A DNA stretch of 64,000 bases, from IMG/VR virus record IMGVR_UViG_3300028887_000111, positions 1 to 64,000 of that record; one strand, written 5' to 3'. The position numbers and the translations under genes were made by a program. How positions within the stretch are numbered: the stretch's first letter is position 1; every line of letters starts with the position of its first letter. Source of the DNA: an uncultured virus (IMG/VR IMGVR_UViG_3300028887_000111). Taxonomy: Duplodnaviria > Heunggongvirae > Uroviricota > Caudoviricetes. The notes beneath the pieces were generated by a model that saw only the letters and a program-made list of their open reading frames with translations, was not told the origin of the DNA and ran no database searches. Positions 60,055-64,000 of the stretch are shown here, piece by piece.

Positions 60055-60083
60055 ATTATAACACATAAATATTAGAATGTCAA
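60055..60083 (-). promoter_or_regulatory. Consensus sigma-A promoter at the head of the cassette region
   Basis: TTGACA-17 bp-TATAAT with extended -10 TG. Confidence 0.85.
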
Positions 60084-60087
60084 TACC

Positions 60088-63000
60088 TTATTTAGACTTT
60101 CTATAAGAATTTAGATACCAATATTTTCTGCCGTTGTACTCTCGTGCTGAGACTTGCTCCGCGTAGAATATGTCGCCCTTTTGCAGCTTGCACTTCTCGT
60201 ACACAGCTTTCATCACCGTGAGGTCGCTATCCTTGCCTTTGCCGAGGAAAGTCGCTGAGACTTTGTATGCCCAGAGCTTGCCGTCAGACTTGCGCTTGCA
60301 GGGATAGACCGTGCGGACGTAGCCAACTCTACGCTCACTCTCCTTGCCACTTGCCGCGATGTAGCCCAAGTATTCAAGCTGGGCTTCTATCTTCTCCACG
60401 GCGGGTATATCCGTATTCGGCAGACTTGCCGCGTAGTCCTCTATGAGAACGCCGAAGTCGGCAAACTGATACGCGCTTGCTGTCTCTTTGGTCGCCAGTC
60501 GGTTAAGTTGCTCTATGGTGAACCGTTCTATCGCAGTCTTTTTAATCTGCGACTTGCTTACCCATTCGCCACCGTCACGTTTGAACAGCTTTTGGAATAG
60601 GTCGAATATTGCAAGGAGCTTTGCGCTGCCGCCAAATTCGCTGAAGAAGTCCAACCGGATAAGGATTTCAGTCTGACGGGTGTTGCAAGGGTTCACGCGG
60701 AGAAAGTCGAGGAAAGAACTGAATTGCTGATCTCGCATATCGTAGAGCGCAGTCGCCACGGCTGAGTTAAGGAACTTGACCGAGCTGACGGACTTGTAGA
60801 TCGTGTTGGTGGACTTGTCACAGGTGTAGCGGTCTGAGGAATGACGGAACTTGATAGGAGATAAGATGATACCGAAACTCGGCAATTCGCCTGTAAGAGA
60901 AGCTGTCTTATCTTCGTCCGAGCCGTAATTATTAAAGCAAACCGTATAATATTCTAATGGATAATGAGATTTGAGATATGCGCCATACAACATATCGTAG
61001 GCTGTGGCTACCGCATGAGGCGCGGCAAATCCGTATGACATACAGCTTTGTACGAGATTCCATATATCTTGGAACTTATCATCATTGCCGACCTGTTTAA
61101 TCCAATTCTCGTGCAACCTATCCTCCAACTTGCTAAAATCTTCGGGCTTTATTTTCTTCTTGCTGATTTTCTTTATAAGCCCTATTGATTCGGCAGGTGA
61201 TACACCGAGCCATTCAAAGTATTGCATAAGGTTTTCTTGGAAAAGTATGAACGAGCCAGTCTCTTTTAAGACTTCATCAAACTGTGGACAGCCCGTGTCA
61301 TACTTGGTTCTTGATATGAACATATCACGCCACGATTCAAATGACGGTCTAAGAGCCGCTGTGAACATTGCACACTCTCTCACGTTAGTTGCTTGATATT
61401 GTTTCATTAGTGAAGTTGCCCAATCTCCATCGACTTGATTAAGTGTAGCGGTCAGTCCTTTTTTAAAAAGCTCAAATGTCTTATCGTCAAGAGCTTCATT
61501 GAGCTGCTGTATGCTCATAATAGGCATACCTATCATCTCAAAGGTTTCAGAGATTAACTTCCAAACAGAAACAATCAAGTAGTCATTTTTCAAAATTTTG
61601 TATTCGTCTGCTTCGGACGATGTTATCATAACACATAAATTGTCACCTACTCTTACGACACCATACTCATAACGCAAGTCTTTGTTATCGAGAATATGAG
61701 CGCAAGGGTGAACCGAAGCAGATACTATCGCACCTACATATCGCTTACTTTCCTCGATTATCGGTTTCCACTTATTGTTATCGGCATACTTCTCAATATT
61801 TTTAGCAACATCATTGAACTCATCAAAAGCCAAACCGTGGGATCGGCAAACATTTCTAAAGGCTTCACCCTCTTGCATTGTGCCGTAAGCTATCATAGGA
61901 TAACAACCGTGTTCGCCAAGTAGCTCTTTAGAGGCTTTCTGAAACGGTTCTTGCGATACTACGTTAAAATCTATGTCTGGGAGTGCTCTGTTCTCCAACA
62001 GCCTCGCAGTTGACATGAAGCGGCTCGCGTACAATTTAACAGGTGATTTGAGCATATCAATCTGTGTCATACCTAAAAGCTTGTTTAAATAATAAGCTCC
62101 ACATGAGCCTCTGCCTGTTCTTGTAAGAATACCACCGTACTTATTAACCGCAAGGTCTGTATTCTTCTCATTAAATAAGAAGTAGTCTGCCGTGTTGATA
62201 GAGATTGTATCAGCAACAGTTTTTAACTCATCCTCTATCTCGGCAATATATTTTGGCTTATCGGCTTCGGATATATTTTCTTCTATGCAAGTCTTTTCAC
62301 ACGCTTTGTAAACGTGTTTGCGCAGTTCATCAACTCGCTCTTGTGGTGTAAGATTTGAATATATCGTAGGCATTTTAATCTCTTTGTCAAGCTGAATATC
62401 CTCACAACTCTCAAAGACAAAAGTGCTGTTCATAGCTTCGTCTATCTGTCGTGGTGACAAAACACCTTGATCTATAAATCTTTGATAGAGAGTGTTGCCG
62501 TCAGGATAGTCAAGCAAGAACTCATCTTCGTCGCCATAATTAAGCCCTTTGCCCTCTAAGTAAGCCTTACGTTCAATCGCTTGCTCTGGATAAATATAGT
62601 GGCTATCTGTGGCGGCGATAAGTTTTAACCCGTACTGCTGTGCTATTTCAAGACATTTGATATTATGCTGTTTCTGCACTTCTACATTATGAGCCTGTAC
62701 TTCAACAAACATATTCTCACCAAAGTGCCGTACTAACGGCTGAAATATGTTCTCAATAGCATCATCAGTCTTTAAAAGACCGGCGACACAGGCTGTAGAC
62801 AGATATATGTCGTCCTTATCCAATGCCAGTAAATCATCAATGAAGATACGGGGCTTGTAATAATAACCGTCAATATGAGCATGAGAGCTAACATAATTGA
62901 CTTTCTTACGAGCCACATCGGTGCGCGGTATGATGATAATGTGGTAATTAGATTTGTCCTTTTCTAAAGGATTGGCGACTATATAGCCCTCAATGCCAAA

Positions 63001-63198
63001 CATACAGCGCAGACCATACTTATCGCACAAGGTTTTTGCCTCAAATATATCACCGCCTGTGCCGTGATTAGTTGTGAAATACATTGTATCGCCCAACTCT
63101 ACTGCACGTTTAACATATTCTTCTGCCTTTATATGAGTGTCGGGGGTGAGAAAAGAGGAAATATGATCGTGTTTGTGGTAATTAACATACTTTCGCAT
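60088..63198 (-). CDS. dnaE: DNA polymerase III alpha subunit
   Basis: PHP domain (HKH, TNHG, TDSH), GRGS, PDID, SYGF...H...Y, LKSHYPLEY. Confidence 0.95.
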   Translation of the reverse strand: MRKYVNYHKHDHISSFLTPDTHIKAEEYVKRAVELGDTMYFTTNHGTGGDIFEAKTLCDKYGLRCMFGIEGYIVANPLEKDKSNYHIIIIPRTDVARKKVNYVSSHAHIDGYYYKPRIFIDDLLALDKDDIYLSTACVAGLLKTDDAIENIFQPLVRHFGENMFVEVQAHNVEVQKQHNIKCLEIAQQYGLKLIAATDSHYIYPEQAIERKAYLEGKGLNYGDEDEFLLDYPDGNTLYQRFIDQGVLSPRQIDEAMNSTFVFESCEDIQLDKEIKMPTIYSNLTPQERVDELRKHVYKACEKTCIEENISEADKPKYIAEIEDELKTVADTISINTADYFLFNEKNTDLAVNKYGGILTRTGRGSCGAYYLNKLLGMTQIDMLKSPVKLYASRFMSTARLLENRALPDIDFNVVSQEPFQKASKELLGEHGCYPMIAYGTMQEGEAFRNVCRSHGLAFDEFNDVAKNIEKYADNNKWKPIIEESKRYVGAIVSASVHPCAHILDNKDLRYEYGVVRVGDNLCVMITSSEADEYKILKNDYLIVSVWKLISETFEMIGMPIMSIQQLNEALDDKTFELFKKGLTATLNQVDGDWATSLMKQYQATNVRECAMFTAALRPSFESWRDMFISRTKYDTGCPQFDEVLKETGSFILFQENLMQYFEWLGVSPAESIGLIKKISKKKIKPEDFSKLEDRLHENWIKQVGNDDKFQDIWNLVQSCMSYGFAAPHAVATAYDMLYGAYLKSHYPLEYYTVCFNNYGSDEDKTASLTGELPSFGIILSPIKFRHSSDRYTCDKSTNTIYKSVSSVKFLNSAVATALYDMRDQQFSSFLDFLRVNPCNTRQTEILIRLDFFSEFGGSAKLLAIFDLFQKLFKRDGGEWVSKSQIKKTAIERFTIEQLNRLATKETASAYQFADFGVLIEDYAASLPNTDIPAVEKIEAQLEYLGYIAASGKESERRVGYVRTVYPCKRKSDGKLWAYKVSATFLGKGKDSDLTVMKAVYEKCKLQKGDIFYAEQVSAREYNGRKYWYLNSYRKSK

Positions 63199-63209
63199 AA
63201 TCATCATCC

Positions 63210-63794
63210 TTATGTATCTAAGAAATCCTTTTCGTCACCCATAACCCATCTCAGCGCAGCCAGTATACCACTCCAATAACCGTAGTCCCAATCGCTTACA
63301 GGCTCTTTGAAGTCTATCCCATACTTCTCGCACACCTTATCAATAGCCTTTATGCAACCGTCGAGAATGTCAACCTGCACACTCTCAGTACCCTCAAGCA
63401 TATTGACAAACATATTTTGCTTTCTCACAAGCCACACGCGATCAAACGCTTCTGACTCATATTCGCGGATTTCTTCTTCCGACCTCATAGGCGGTTCTTC
63501 ATACTCCGGCTCATCGTCCAAGTATTCGTATATATCGTCCGACGAGAAATAGTCAACAAGTATGTCGTAGACCTCTGTGAAACTATCAGCACCACAAATA
63601 AGCTCAAGTATTGTATTAACGACCTCATCGTACTTGTCAACATTTTTGAGCAAGTAATGCCAAATACAGCCGTGACCGGCGTGGTGATAACAGACACCAA
63701 ATCCATTATCACCGTCACGCAGCCAGACCTCAACGTATGAGCATTTCTGTAAATCATCTGTTTTCTTGCCGTAAATTACATCATTTCTCTGCAT
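63210..63794 (-). CDS. Acidic hypothetical protein
   Basis: GGAG RBS before ATG 63794; directly upstream of dnaE. Confidence 0.5.
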   Translation of the reverse strand: MQRNDVIYGKKTDDLQKCSYVEVWLRDGDNGFGVCYHHAGHGCIWHYLLKNVDKYDEVVNTILELICGADSFTEVYDILVDYFSSDDIYEYLDDEPEYEEPPMRSEEEIREYESEAFDRVWLVRKQNMFVNMLEGTESVQVDILDGCIKAIDKVCEKYGIDFKEPVSDWDYGYWSGILAALRWVMGDEKDFLDT

Positions 63795-64000
63795 ATTAAT
63801 CACGCTCCAAACACTTCTTGTTCCGTTTCTTTTATTTGCTCCATTACCACGCATTCAGGTGGGTTCTCAGCCAAGCAGTTGCCCTTATCCCAAGAATACA
63901 CGCGATTTAACTCGTCCTCGTCAGTGAAAAATCTGCGGCTTGGATAGTCAAAATTCAGATTAACCGATACTCCATTTTTGCCGAGGTATCTGTCCTTAAT

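Noticed and set aside
1..64000. tRNA, rRNA or group I/II intron
   Set aside because: Intergenic gaps are short and I recognised no cloverleaf or intron core; a covariance-model search would be needed to exclude them fully

Overview
64 kb from the genome of a large siphovirus (phage or prophage) of a Firmicutes host, most likely Clostridia. The + strand (1-36.5 kb) carries packaging, head, tail, receptor-binding, a Gly/Cys-rich accessory cluster and lysis genes. The - strand (36.5-64 kb) carries DnaE, nucleotide metabolism (NrdD with an intein, NrdG, NrdH-like, ThyX, dUTPase, guanylate kinase) and a 47-59 kb DNA-modification island. The island contains three linked variability devices. (1) A C5 cytosine methyltransferase is split into a motif I-VIII subunit, a motif IX-X subunit and nine target-recognition-domain (TRD)-like modules, each with its own poly-G tract (five in frame, four out of frame in this copy). 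(2) Promoterless gene cassettes are separated by 13 copies of an 18-bp pseudo-palindrome (approximately WTRAAA-N6-TTTYAW) with variable spacers, and a second 14-bp motif lies at fixed distances from several of them. (3) The only two sites with matching inverted spacers flank a flipped segment that holds the RBS and first 70 codons of a PAPS-reductase-family gene, i.e. an inversion switch in the OFF state. The same site also brackets the last module of the tail fibre gene. No recombinase, tRNA, rRNA or CRISPR array was seen. All calls come from reading motifs and gene order; no database search was run.
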